This document shows positions 9,519 to 18,725 of a DNA stretch of 64,000 nt, piece by piece. The translations under genes were made by a program, and so were the position numbers. The stretch lies in assembly GCA_963422395.1 (NCBI GenBank), contig OY729431.1, positions 544,001-608,000 on the forward strand, in the 5' to 3' direction. The stretch comes from Vicinamibacteria bacterium (GTDB lineage: Bacteria > Acidobacteriota > Vicinamibacteria > Marinacidobacterales > Marinacidobacteraceae). Below the pieces are notes generated by a model that saw nothing but the letters and a program-made list of their open reading frames with translations, had not been told where the DNA came from and did no database searches. The stretch's first letter is position 1. Every line of letters starts with the position of its first letter.

Positions 9519-10667
9519 ATGCTCACTTCGAAGTCCCGGCGCGAGACGCTCCGGGTCCTCTCCGCACTCGCTGCCGCCGCGGCGCTGCCGAAGGGCGCCT
9601 TCGCTCGTTTCGGCGCGCTTCAGGACGAACCGATCATCCCGTTCACCGATGTCCCGGAGGACTTTTCGACGAAGCGCGGCGAGTTCGTCTTTCGGTTGGA
9701 TCTGAGGGAACTGCGCACCTTCATCACTGCCAACGAGGACTTCTTCTCGGTCGCCCACTACGACCGGCCTGAAATCGCCTCTGCCGACTGGTCGCTCCGT
9801 CTCGACGGGCTCGTCGAGCGGCCGGCTACCTTCACTCTCGACCAGTTGCGCGCCATGCCCCGCGTGGAGCGCACCGTCACCTTCGAGTGTTCGGGAAACC
9901 AGGGGATCAGGCACCACGGCATGGTCGGCAACGCGGTCTGGGGCGGAACCCCGCTCCTGCCGCTCCTCGAGGCTGCGGGTCCGCATCAGACGGTGATCGA
10001 AACGGTGTTCTGGGCCGCTGACCGCGGGACGGAAACGATCCGCAACAACGAGTACCCCCAGAACTTCGCTCGTGCCATGTCCTTCGCCGACACGAAAGAG
10101 TCCGGGGCGATCCTCGCGTACGAAATGAACGGCGAACCGCTTCCGATGAAGAACGGCTTTCCGCTGCGGGTGGTCGTTCCCGGCTGGTACGGGATCGGCC
10201 AGGTGAAGTGGCTGACTCGCATCCAGCTGGCCGACCGCCGGCTCATGAACCGGTTCATGGGGCGCGACTATGTAACGATCATCGGTGAGGAGATGGACGG
10301 CCAGACCGTCTGGTTCGAGCGCTCGGTGACCCGTCAGCGCATCAAGTCGGTCATCGCCCGCGTCACCCGCGCAGCGAGTGGCGGAACCCGCGTTTTCGGG
10401 GTGGCCTGGAACGACGGAACGCCTATCCGCGAGGTCCAGGTGCGGGTGGACGGCGGTGCTTGGCTGCCGGCGACCCTGGATCGGAGCGGCAACCCGTACG
10501 CCTGGACCTTCTGGGAGGTCGAAACCGGAGCGCTCGCGCCGGGCGAACACACCTTGGTCTCGAACGCGGTGGACGAGCTCGGCCGCGAGCAGCCTGCCGA
10601 TCTGAGCCTGAAGAAAACCTACTGGGAGGACAACGCCCAGTTCCCGCGCACGGTGATGGCCGGCTAG
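9519..10667 (+). CDS. Tat-exported sulfite-oxidase-family molybdoenzyme
   Basis: SRRETL signal, Moco-ligating ECSGN, GNAVWGG, AYEMNGEPLP..NGFPLRVVVPGWYG..QVKWL. Confidence 0.88.
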   Translation: MLTSKSRRETLRVLSALAAAAALPKGAFARFGALQDEPIIPFTDVPEDFSTKRGEFVFRLDLRELRTFITANEDFFSVAHYDRPEIASADWSLRLDGLVERPATFTLDQLRAMPRVERTVTFECSGNQGIRHHGMVGNAVWGGTPLLPLLEAAGPHQTVIETVFWAADRGTETIRNNEYPQNFARAMSFADTKESGAILAYEMNGEPLPMKNGFPLRVVVPGWYGIGQVKWLTRIQLADRRLMNRFMGRDYVTIIGEEMDGQTVWFERSVTRQRIKSVIARVTRAASGGTRVFGVAWNDGTPIREVQVRVDGGAWLPATLDRSGNPYAWTFWEVETGALAPGEHTLVSNAVDELGREQPADLSLKKTYWEDNAQFPRTVMAG

Positions 10668-10673
10668 CAGATC

Positions 10674-11864
10674 GTGCGGCGGCGCGGCTTTCTGCAGTCG
10701 ATTTCCGGGATGGGGATCGCCGTGGTTCCGGGGTATCGGGGGCTCGCTCCGGCGCGCCGCCTCGGCGGCCGGATCGGGGTCGTCGGCGGGGGAATCCTCG
10801 GCTCCTCCATCGCGCTCCATCTCGCCCGCCGGGGCGCCGAGGTCCTCGTGTTCGAACGCGAAGGACCGGCGGCGGGTGCTACCGGAAACTCGTTCGCCTG
10901 GATCAACGCCAGCTTTTCCAAGCGCCCGCAGTCCTACTTCGAGTTGAACTGGTTGGGCGTGCTGGGCTGGCGGCGGCTCGAGGCCGAACTCGATGCCGCC
11001 TCGGCTGGCCCGTTTCGGATTCGCTGGGGCGGCAGCCTCGAATATCGGGTGGACGCCGACCGGACGCGCCTGCTAGCAGAACAGCTGGCCCGTCACCAAC
11101 GCTGGGGATACCCGGTGCACCGGGTGGATACCGAGCGGTTTCACGAGCTGGAACCGGGGGCGGCGCCCGAGGCGCCCGTCCTCGGTGCCGCCTGGGCCAG
11201 CGCCGAAGGGAGCATCGAGCCCCGATCGGCGACCCGCGCGCTCTGGACCGCTGCCGAGGCTGCGGGAGCGCGGTTCGTGCTCGCGGAGGTGACTTCGCTC
11301 GATCTCGGCCGCGAGAGGCTCCGGGGAGTGGGAACGACGGCAGGAGATCATGCCCTGGACACTCTGGTATTGGCGGCGGGCGTCCAGGCGCCGGCACTGG
11401 CTCGGCAGGCGGGGGTGGATCTCCCGCTCATCGAATCTCCCGGAATCCTCGCCCACTCGGTGCCGGCGGACGCGGTGGTGCACAGAGTCCTGCTGTCCCC
11501 GAATGTCCATGTGAAGCAGACCTCCGAGGGGCGAGTGGTGGCGGGCGTCGGCTTCACCGGGGCGGGCTCCCGAGACGCCTCCCGCGCGGTGGGGAAGGGG
11601 ATCCTGGAGGCGACCGCGCGGGTGGTGCCGGCGGTTCGGGACCTTCCGCTCGAGGAAGTCACGCTCGGTTATCGGGTGCTCCCCGAGGACGGGCACCCCA
11701 TCGTGGGCTTCGATCCGTCCGCGCCCGGGCTCTATTTCGCCTCGATGCACAGCGGCGTCACCCTGGCGCCGGTCATGGGAATGCTGGCTGCCATGGAGAT
11801 CCTCGACGATGTCGAGGTCGCGCTGCTGAGCAGCTACCGTCTCGCCCGCTTCGACTCGGTCTGA
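10674..11864 (+). CDS. FAD-dependent oxidoreductase, DAO/glycine oxidase family
   Basis: RRRGFL Tat-like start, GGGILG, GATGNSFAWIN, HSGVTLAP. Confidence 0.85.
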   Translation: MRRRGFLQSISGMGIAVVPGYRGLAPARRLGGRIGVVGGGILGSSIALHLARRGAEVLVFEREGPAAGATGNSFAWINASFSKRPQSYFELNWLGVLGWRRLEAELDAASAGPFRIRWGGSLEYRVDADRTRLLAEQLARHQRWGYPVHRVDTERFHELEPGAAPEAPVLGAAWASAEGSIEPRSATRALWTAAEAAGARFVLAEVTSLDLGRERLRGVGTTAGDHALDTLVLAAGVQAPALARQAGVDLPLIESPGILAHSVPADAVVHRVLLSPNVHVKQTSEGRVVAGVGFTGAGSRDASRAVGKGILEATARVVPAVRDLPLEEVTLGYRVLPEDGHPIVGFDPSAPGLYFASMHSGVTLAPVMGMLAAMEILDDVEVALLSSYRLARFDSV

Positions 11865-11874
11865 AGGGTCCGCG

Positions 11875-12061
11875 ACGCATCGGACATCGAGGGATCTGGA
11901 TCGAGCTCGCCGATGGGTGCCGCGGGACATTCCCTCCCGGCACGCTCACGGGTGGATTCCACCACCCCTTCGGGCTGCCGCTTGGGGATGGGTGGGTCTT
12001 CGTGCGACAGCCCCCGGCTAGGCCGGACGCCGGATGTAAGGAGGTGAACTCTCCGACGCAT
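11875..12061 (-). ncRNA. Candidate 6S RNA (ssrS-like) or other structured ncRNA
   Basis: ~190-nt intergenic segment between convergent genes; 5' GCGUCGGA pairs with 3' UCCGAUGC; GGGGGCUG/CGGCACCC helix resembles the conserved 6S GGGAGC/GCACCCA pairing; extended -10 TGGTAGATT immediately upstream. Confidence 0.55.
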
Positions 12062-12066
12062 ACGAG

Positions 12067-12075
12067 AATCTACCA
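12067..12075 (-). promoter_or_regulatory. Extended -10 element (TGnTAGATT) for the candidate ncRNA
   Basis: Minus strand TGGTAGATT a few nt before the structured segment. Confidence 0.5.
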
Positions 12076-12104
12076 CAGGAAGGCGCGGCGCCGGGGGTCT
12101 CGGA

Positions 12105-13067
12105 TCAGCGAAACCGATAGGCGCCGAAGACCACTTCGAGGTCGCGGCGGGCCCGCTCGAAATCGGAGCGCGGACGGTGCTCGGGGTCTCGAACCGAGCG
12201 GAGGAAGTCCCGGGTCATGGCCCGAAAACCCATCAGGTCGGAGAGCGGGCCGAAGCGGAAGCGGAATTCCCCGCGAGCCCGCCGAGCGCAGTACAGCCCG
12301 TTGCTCTCGAAGACGAGGCTGCCGTCCTCGCCCTCGATCCGCGAATGCTGGAACACGCCTCCGGGAAGCGACCGAGCATTCCAGGCGTAGTCGATTGCGC
12401 CGCGCGCTCCCGAGGGGTACTCGATTTCGATTTTCGCCTGCCGTTCCGGAGCTCCGGCGTCCGGAAACGAGGCTTGGACCTCGGCCGGGATTTCAGGGAT
12501 CAGAGCGCCCAGGAGCGCCACGAAGTGGATGCCCCCTTCCAGCAGGGCTCCGTGCCGCGTTCGCCAGCCCGAGACCGTTTGCCGGACGAGCTTCCGCAAG
12601 TGGACCCGGCGGATGGCGCCGATGGCAGGGAGCCAGGCCTCGAGGCGGCGGAGCGAGGGTTTGTAGAGATAGTTCTCGGCTACGGTGAGCGCCCCGGGCG
12701 GCGCGGCGGCGAGGGCGCGGCCGATGGCGGTGACTTCCGCGGAGGACACGGCGAGCGGCTTTTCGACCAGCACCGTCTTTCCGGCGCGGATCGCGGCGAC
12801 GACCTGGGCGGCATGCGCCTCGGGTGGGGAACAGATCACCACCGCAGCGATGTCCTTGCGATCGAACACTGCTTCGGGGGCGGCGGCGGTTTCGCCGCCG
12901 AAGCGAGCGGCGAACGCTTGCGCCGAAGCGGAGCTGCGGCTTGCGAAGATCAGCCGGGCGTGGGGGGCGAGGTTCGCTGCGTGGACTCGGGCGATCCGAC
13001 CACAGCCCACGATGGCGATCGTGAGAGCGGGGGGGGGCTGCGGTGCGTCCCCTGCTGCGGCTCTCAT
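12105..13067 (-). CDS. Gfo/Idh/MocA family oxidoreductase
   Basis: IAIVGCGRIA, GKTVLVEKP, GALLEGGIH; 4-bp overlap with the GMC gene. Confidence 0.87.
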   Translation of the reverse strand: MRAAAGDAPQPPPALTIAIVGCGRIARVHAANLAPHARLIFASRSSASAQAFAARFGGETAAAPEAVFDRKDIAAVVICSPPEAHAAQVVAAIRAGKTVLVEKPLAVSSAEVTAIGRALAAAPPGALTVAENYLYKPSLRRLEAWLPAIGAIRRVHLRKLVRQTVSGWRTRHGALLEGGIHFVALLGALIPEIPAEVQASFPDAGAPERQAKIEIEYPSGARGAIDYAWNARSLPGGVFQHSRIEGEDGSLVFESNGLYCARRARGEFRFRFGPLSDLMGFRAMTRDFLRSVRDPEHRPRSDFERARRDLEVVFGAYRFR

Positions 13068-14581
13068 CGGGTGGTCGCCCCGCGGGCGATCGTCTCCGCC
13101 ACCCGGAGCGCGTTGGCGGCGATGGTCAGGCTCGGATTCACTCCGCCAGACGCGGGGAAAGCGCTCCCGTCGGTCACGAACAGGTTGTCCAGGCCCCGGA
13201 AGCGTCCCGTCGGGTCCAGGGGAGCTTCGTCGGCCCGATTCCCCATGCGGAGCGTGCCGACCGCGTGCGAGAAGGACGAGATCGGCCAGATGTGGGTTGC
13301 GAGACCGCCCGCCGCGCGCAGGATACGCCGCGCCTGCCGGGTGAGGAGAGCCAACCGGTGCTCGTCGGACTTCCGGTAGCGGTGCTCGATCCGCACCCGC
13401 TCCATGCCGAGTCCGTCGGTTTCGGGCGAGAGGGTCACCCGGTTTTCCGGGTTCGGTTCGTCTTCTGCCACGCAGAGCAGGTTCTGCAGCCGGCGCACGA
13501 GCGGCGCCCGCAGGAGCAATCCTCCGAAGCGTCCGGCAGCGCGGCGCACCACCGCGGCGTCCGGAGTGTAGATGTCCTGGACGACACCCACCGCGAGGCC
13601 GTCCCGGTCGCGTCGCTGTTCGTAGAAATCGGTGAAACAGACCTGCTTGTGGAATACCTGTTCCGGGTTCGTCTCGAAGGGGAACAGCGCGGCGACGACC
13701 CCGTTGCAGTGCCGCATGAGAAACCGGCCGATCGGCGAACGTCCGGGCTCGCCGAGGCCGGAACGAAGCAGGATCGCGGGACTTCCCAGCGCGCCGGCGG
13801 CGAGCACGAACAGAGGCGCCTCGAACGACACCGGGTCCAGCGACTCCTGATCCACACCCACCGCCGCTGCCACCCGCCCGCCCCGGATGAGGAATCGGCG
13901 CACCGCGATCCCGGGGTGGACCCGGAGACCCTTCCGCTCGGCGCCAGCGAGCAACCCGGCGGCGTCGTTCTTCGCCTCGATGGCGCAGGGAAAGCCGTCG
14001 CAGGTGTTGCAGCGCGCACACTTCGATCCCCTCGCCCCGGTGAAGTCGATCGCCAGCGGGATCGGGAACGGCCGAAGCCCGAGCGACACCCCGGCCTCCC
14101 GGATCCTCATTGCGGGGGCGGCATACCGGATGGCAGGAAAGGGGAAAGCCCCCGATCGGGGCGGCTCCAGCGGGTCGGCGCCGGCGCCTCCGTGGACCCC
14201 GAGCAGTCGTTCCGCCTCGGAATACCAGGGTTCGAGGTCCTCGTAGTCGATGGGCCAGCGGTCGAAGTCCCTCGGGCGGAGCCGGAGCGAGGCGCCGCCG
14301 TAGAACACCGACAGACCCCCCACCGTCTCGTTCAGCGAAAGCGGCCGGAAGCGGCGTTCGCCGCGCTGGCGCACCGCGAGCGGGGTCTTTCCCCGGTAAC
14401 GCAGATCGTTCAGGATCGCCTGAGGGTTCCAGTCCTGCTGATCCCGGTGGGGCCAGCGCCCGCGTTCGATCATTGCGACCCGGGCCCCGGCCTCGACCAG
14501 GCGGTGCGCCGCCAACGCTCCGCCGAGGCCCGAGCCGATGACGACGGCGTCGTATCCCGCGCCGCGTCGGGGGTTGGGCAT
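13064..14581 (-). CDS. GMC family oxidoreductase
   Basis: DAVVIGSGLGG, VGGLS.FYG, CARCNTCDGFPC, HAVGTLRMG, NLFVTDGS.FP.SGGVNPSLTIAANALRVA. Confidence 0.9.
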   Translation of the reverse strand: MPNPRRGAGYDAVVIGSGLGGALAAHRLVEAGARVAMIERGRWPHRDQQDWNPQAILNDLRYRGKTPLAVRQRGERRFRPLSLNETVGGLSVFYGGASLRLRPRDFDRWPIDYEDLEPWYSEAERLLGVHGGAGADPLEPPRSGAFPFPAIRYAAPAMRIREAGVSLGLRPFPIPLAIDFTGARGSKCARCNTCDGFPCAIEAKNDAAGLLAGAERKGLRVHPGIAVRRFLIRGGRVAAAVGVDQESLDPVSFEAPLFVLAAGALGSPAILLRSGLGEPGRSPIGRFLMRHCNGVVAALFPFETNPEQVFHKQVCFTDFYEQRRDRDGLAVGVVQDIYTPDAAVVRRAAGRFGGLLLRAPLVRRLQNLLCVAEDEPNPENRVTLSPETDGLGMERVRIEHRYRKSDEHRLALLTRQARRILRAAGGLATHIWPISSFSHAVGTLRMGNRADEAPLDPTGRFRGLDNLFVTDGSAFPASGGVNPSLTIAANALRVAETIARGATTR

Positions 14582-14610
14582 GGGCTTCGACCCCGCGCGG
14601 TCCGCCGGCG

Positions 14611-15423
14611 CTATCCGCCGCTGCCCGCCTCGAAGAAGGCGGTGACCGCGACCGCGAGGATCAGCATCCAGGCCGCGAGGTGGAGCTTCTCCCGTCGCGC
14701 GGTCTCCACCCGCGGCAGGTCCGGACGGAACTTCCCGGACCGGTTCCGCTGGATGTAGGTCTTGTAGTACTCCACCAGAAACCGCTCGAGCCCTCCGTTC
14801 ATGTACACGAGCACCCCGAGCGCCACCGGTTCCTCCGGGGTGCGGAGCCAGTAGAACAGCGGGGAGGCGAGGGCGAGCGTCAGCCCCGAGCGGAGGAACT
14901 TGAGCCCGTGGAAGCCCTCGAACGGGGCGTCCTTCCAGGCCCCGCCACCCGACACCAGGAGTCCGGTCAGATAGGCCGCGGCGAGGTATCCCCAAAAGCT
15001 GGTGATCGGCGTCCCGATCGACAAGACCCCGAGAACCATCCCGACCAGGACCACGCCGGCGGCGATCCGAAGCCCCCGACCCGGAAGCGGCCGCCCCAGC
15101 AGCCTGAGCTCCGACGGGACGAAATACTTCTCCTGCGGCTCCTGCCGGAAACACCCTTTGTAGAGCTCGGTGAGAAACCGCTCGAGGCCCATCACCAGGA
15201 AGAAGAGCTGGACGAAGCCGAGTTCCCCGACTCGTCCGCGGAGCGCCGGGACGGCGAGCAGAAACCCGTAGATAGCGATCGAGAAGAGGACGCTGCGCGG
15301 GAAGGTGCGCCGCTGGAAGCCTTCCCAGGGGGAATCCTTGAAGGCTCCCCAGAGCGAGGTGTAGAGCCCGGAGAGAGCGGCGACCGCGAGGCCGGCGCCC
15401 CATCCGGCGTCGGCCAGCGTCAT
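14611..15423 (-). CDS. Integral membrane protein with internal tandem duplication
   Basis: Multiple hydrophobic helices; two copies of GA(F/W)KD(S/A)P(W/F)EGF...F.RS and GLERFL.E.YK. Confidence 0.75.
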   Translation of the reverse strand: MTLADAGWGAGLAVAALSGLYTSLWGAFKDSPWEGFQRRTFPRSVLFSIAIYGFLLAVPALRGRVGELGFVQLFFLVMGLERFLTELYKGCFRQEPQEKYFVPSELRLLGRPLPGRGLRIAAGVVLVGMVLGVLSIGTPITSFWGYLAAAYLTGLLVSGGGAWKDAPFEGFHGLKFLRSGLTLALASPLFYWLRTPEEPVALGVLVYMNGGLERFLVEYYKTYIQRNRSGKFRPDLPRVETARREKLHLAAWMLILAVAVTAFFEAGSGG

Positions 15424-15454
15424 CCGGAGGTGGGAGCGCTCCGGGAGCGGAGAC

Positions 15455-17707
15455 TCACCGAAGGATGTCGAACTGGTGCGTGTACTTGACGGTCAGGCTG
15501 CGGTTCTGGGGGCCGATCAGGGTGTTGCCGAGCCCCTCGGTGTCGTTGTACACGATGAAGAGGCCGGTGCCGGCGGTATTCAGCCAATTGAGGCGGATAT
15601 TGGAAGACCAGACATCGGCGTCGTCGTTGTACTGAACCAGCGCCTGGAGATAGATCAACGGCGTGAAGTTGAAGGCCATCCGAACCTGCCCCAGATTGGC
15701 CACGAAGTCGCCTTCGGCGAGCTGAATGTCGTTGTAGAGCCACGCCACCGAAGTGATGAGCCGGGTCCCCCAGCGGTAGTTGATGGTGGTGTCCACCGAA
15801 CGCTGGTCGCCCGAGAGGAATCCGCCGTAGTCGAGGGCGCCGCTGTAGGAGAACGGGTCGGAGCGGTTCGTGTTCCAGCGCCAGCCGATCTGCCAGTGTT
15901 CATAGGTCCCCGGAGGAACGACGATGCCTTCCCGGATCTCGAAAGGTTCCTCGAGACCTTCCACGATGCGGTTCATCGCCGGGCTCAGGTAGTACCCGTT
16001 CTCGAAGTCGATATGGCTGTCCACATGGAGCCGGCTCGTCTCGAGGAACCCGTCGAGGGTGCGGAAACCGGAGTAGGTGATGTGCGGACGCAGTTCCCGG
16101 ATGGGGATCGGCAGCTCCGCGAGGAATTCCGGACGGTAGTAACCGAAGTAGCCGTAGTCCAGGTTGCGGTAGGCGGTCCTGCGGAGGAATCCGACCTCGG
16201 GGTTGAAGTCGGCGGCGACCTCGGTCATCCCCAACCAGAGACGAAGGTCCCGGCGGAAGTATTCGCCGCGGGCGCTATAGGCGTACTCGCCGCCGTCGAG
16301 CATTTCGTATCCCGGCGTCTCGGTGCGCGCCGCGAAACCGGTGAAGGTGAGCGTTTCCCCGATCCCGAGCCGGCCATCCACGCCCCAGGTGCGGTTCCAG
16401 TCGTCCTCGATGGCGGCGGCTCCGGTACCCATCCGGTTCACGAACATGCCGCCCAGCGAGGAGCGTTCGCCGAACTCCCGGCTCAGGCTCATCACCGAGA
16501 AGTTGTTGGCAGCGATCACCCCGGAAACCTCCTGCGTCTGCATGTTCAGGAAGCCGAGGTTGTAGGCGCCTGCCTTTCCCGAGAGGCGGGCGCCGCCGAG
16601 AATGGGCACCGGAACGCCGCCCGGCCCGATCCCGATCCGCCGGCTGAAGAACAGATCCACCGAGCTGCCCCGCCCCATGGAGAAGTTGCCCGCGTTCTCC
16701 AGGAAGAACGGGCGTTTTTCCGGGAAGAACAGGTTGAAGCGGGTCAGGTTGACCTGCTGGTCGTCCACTTCGACCTGGGCGAAGTCGGTGTTCACGGTGA
16801 GATCGAGGTTCAGGCTCGGGGTGATCCCCACCTTGGCGTCCACGCCGAAATCGGCGTTGGTCTGCGCTTCCACTTCGGCGGCGAAGTCGCGGCCGGCCGC
16901 AGTCAGCGCGTAGGGAGTGACCTTGAAGTTGCGGGGGCTCGGGAGCTCGAGTCCGTGGAGCTCTCCGGCGGAGGACAGCCGGTAGAGGTCGTAGATCCGT
17001 GCCACCGGGGACCAGTAGTCCTCTTCGCGCTTGCGGCGGATGTTCCGGTGGAAGTTGACCCCCCAGGTCTGGGGGCTCGTTGCGTAGCGGAGGGTCCGGA
17101 GGGGAATCGCGAACTCGGCGGTCCAGCCCTCGTCGGTGACCGTGGTCGCCACCGTCCAGCTGGCGTCCCAGTTGACATTGAAACCTCCGCCCGAGCCGGT
17201 GCGCGCGCGCATCTGGGGGCCTCCGCCCCCGCCTCCGCCTCCGCCTCCGGCGTTGCTCAGCTGCCCGTCGTATTCGAGTCCTGCCGGGGTCGTGCCGAAG
17301 ACGAAGCCGTTTTGCAGATCGTGGTAGGTGTCGAAGACGACCCGGAAGGAGTCGGTGTCTGCGAGGCCCGAATCGCGGCGGGCGTCGGTGGCGATGATTC
17401 CGTCGGGGTCGCTGTCGTAGAGCATGGCGCCGACATAGACGGCCTCTTCGTCGAAGAGGATGCGTACTTCGGTCCGTTCGGTCGCCGGCTGCCCCTCGAA
17501 GGGCTCCGCCTGGATGAAGTCGGTCAGGGGCTCGGCCGCCGCCCAGACATCTTCGTCGAGCCGCCCATCGATCGCGGGGGCCTCGAGCGCGGGCGCCGCT
17601 CTGCCGATTCGGGTGGCAGCGCTCGTTTCCTCCTCGGCTTCGGCCGGCGAAGCGATCGCGAGGGGCGCGCTCGACAGGATCAGCGGGAGGAGCAGGAACC
17701 AACGCAT
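15455..17707 (-). CDS. CBM9-like + DUF5916 outer-membrane protein
   Basis: Signal peptide, IDGRLDE..W, FDTYHD, GWTAEFAIP, NTDFAQVEVD..QVNLTRF.LFFPEKRPFFLE. Confidence 0.85.
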   Translation of the reverse strand: MRWFLLLPLILSSAPLAIASPAEAEEETSAATRIGRAAPALEAPAIDGRLDEDVWAAAEPLTDFIQAEPFEGQPATERTEVRILFDEEAVYVGAMLYDSDPDGIIATDARRDSGLADTDSFRVVFDTYHDLQNGFVFGTTPAGLEYDGQLSNAGGGGGGGGGGPQMRARTGSGGGFNVNWDASWTVATTVTDEGWTAEFAIPLRTLRYATSPQTWGVNFHRNIRRKREEDYWSPVARIYDLYRLSSAGELHGLELPSPRNFKVTPYALTAAGRDFAAEVEAQTNADFGVDAKVGITPSLNLDLTVNTDFAQVEVDDQQVNLTRFNLFFPEKRPFFLENAGNFSMGRGSSVDLFFSRRIGIGPGGVPVPILGGARLSGKAGAYNLGFLNMQTQEVSGVIAANNFSVMSLSREFGERSSLGGMFVNRMGTGAAAIEDDWNRTWGVDGRLGIGETLTFTGFAARTETPGYEMLDGGEYAYSARGEYFRRDLRLWLGMTEVAADFNPEVGFLRRTAYRNLDYGYFGYYRPEFLAELPIPIRELRPHITYSGFRTLDGFLETSRLHVDSHIDFENGYYLSPAMNRIVEGLEEPFEIREGIVVPPGTYEHWQIGWRWNTNRSDPFSYSGALDYGGFLSGDQRSVDTTINYRWGTRLITSVAWLYNDIQLAEGDFVANLGQVRMAFNFTPLIYLQALVQYNDDADVWSSNIRLNWLNTAGTGLFIVYNDTEGLGNTLIGPQNRSLTVKYTHQFDILR

Positions 17708-17834
17708 AAGAGGCTAATTTACTTCGCCGAGGTACTCTGCGGCGCCCTGTCTGGGCGCCCGCCGCGAAGCGGGTCGAACCGCTCGAAGCCGCCGGGCTCG
17801 GCGCTTCGGAAGGGACCGGGAAACCGAACAGACG

Positions 17835-18617
17835 ATGACCGCAGCCCGGCCGCCGAGCAACCGCCAGCTCCTCGATTTCGCCACCGAAATCGCTGCGGAA
17901 GCGGGGCGGCTCGTGATCCGCTACTTCCAGGCTGGAGTCTCGGTACGGCAGAAGCCGGACCGCACCCCGGTTACCGAAGCCGACACCGCCGCTGAGCGCT
18001 TGCTGCGCCGCCGCATCGGGGCCAGGTTCCCCGGCCACCGGATACTCGGCGAGGAAGACGGCGAATCGGGCTCCGACCCCGCCCACCGCTGGATCCTCGA
18101 TCCCATCGACGGCACCGCCTCCTTCGTCCGGGGAGTGCCGCTGTTCGGAGTCCTCATCGGCCTCGAAATCCACGACGAGCCGGTCGTGGGCGTGTGCCAC
18201 CTCGCCGGGTTGGGCGAAATGATCACCGGGGCGCGGGGCGAAGGCGCCTTCTGGAACGGGCGTCCGGCTCGAGTGTCGCAGGGGACCGGGATCGCAAACG
18301 CTCTTGCGACCACCACCGACCCGGCCACGATCGGCCCGATCTGGGATGCACTGGGCCTGAAGGGCGCTGTCCGCCGGACCTGGGGAGACGCCTTCGGCCA
18401 CGCACTGGTAGCGACCGGCCGCTCCGAGATCGCACTCGATCCGGAGATGGAGATGTGGGATTCGGCCCCGTTCCTTCCGATCCTCGAGGAGGCGGGGGGC
18501 CGATTCACCGACTGGGACGGGGACCGCACCATCCACGGAGCGAACGCGCTCAGCACGAACGGGGCGCTCCACGACGAGTTGCTCGCCCTGCTGGCGGAGG
18601 TTCGCACCGAGCGTTGA
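17835..18617 (+). CDS. Inositol monophosphatase family, histidinol-phosphatase (HisN)-like
   Basis: KPDRTPVTEAD, ILGEE, WILDPIDGT.SFVRGVP, WGD, WD.AP. Confidence 0.85.
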   Translation: MTAARPPSNRQLLDFATEIAAEAGRLVIRYFQAGVSVRQKPDRTPVTEADTAAERLLRRRIGARFPGHRILGEEDGESGSDPAHRWILDPIDGTASFVRGVPLFGVLIGLEIHDEPVVGVCHLAGLGEMITGARGEGAFWNGRPARVSQGTGIANALATTTDPATIGPIWDALGLKGAVRRTWGDAFGHALVATGRSEIALDPEMEMWDSAPFLPILEEAGGRFTDWDGDRTIHGANALSTNGALHDELLALLAEVRTER

Positions 18618-18725
18618 CGCGGCCCGGACCCCCGCCGCCGGGCGGCAGCGGCTCGATCCGTCGGCCGGCGCGGAGAGCCCCGATCCGGATGATGCCCTCC
18701 GGGTACTGGGTGGGGAAGCCTCCGG

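Noticed and set aside
9333-10820. 1132-aa ORF suggesting a giant fusion with SpdH
   Set aside because: The N-terminal part is antisense to the molybdoenzyme gene; the real protein begins near the Tat motif at 9332
17218-17250. GCCTCC-type short repeat
   Set aside because: Encodes a poly-Gly linker within the DUF5916 protein
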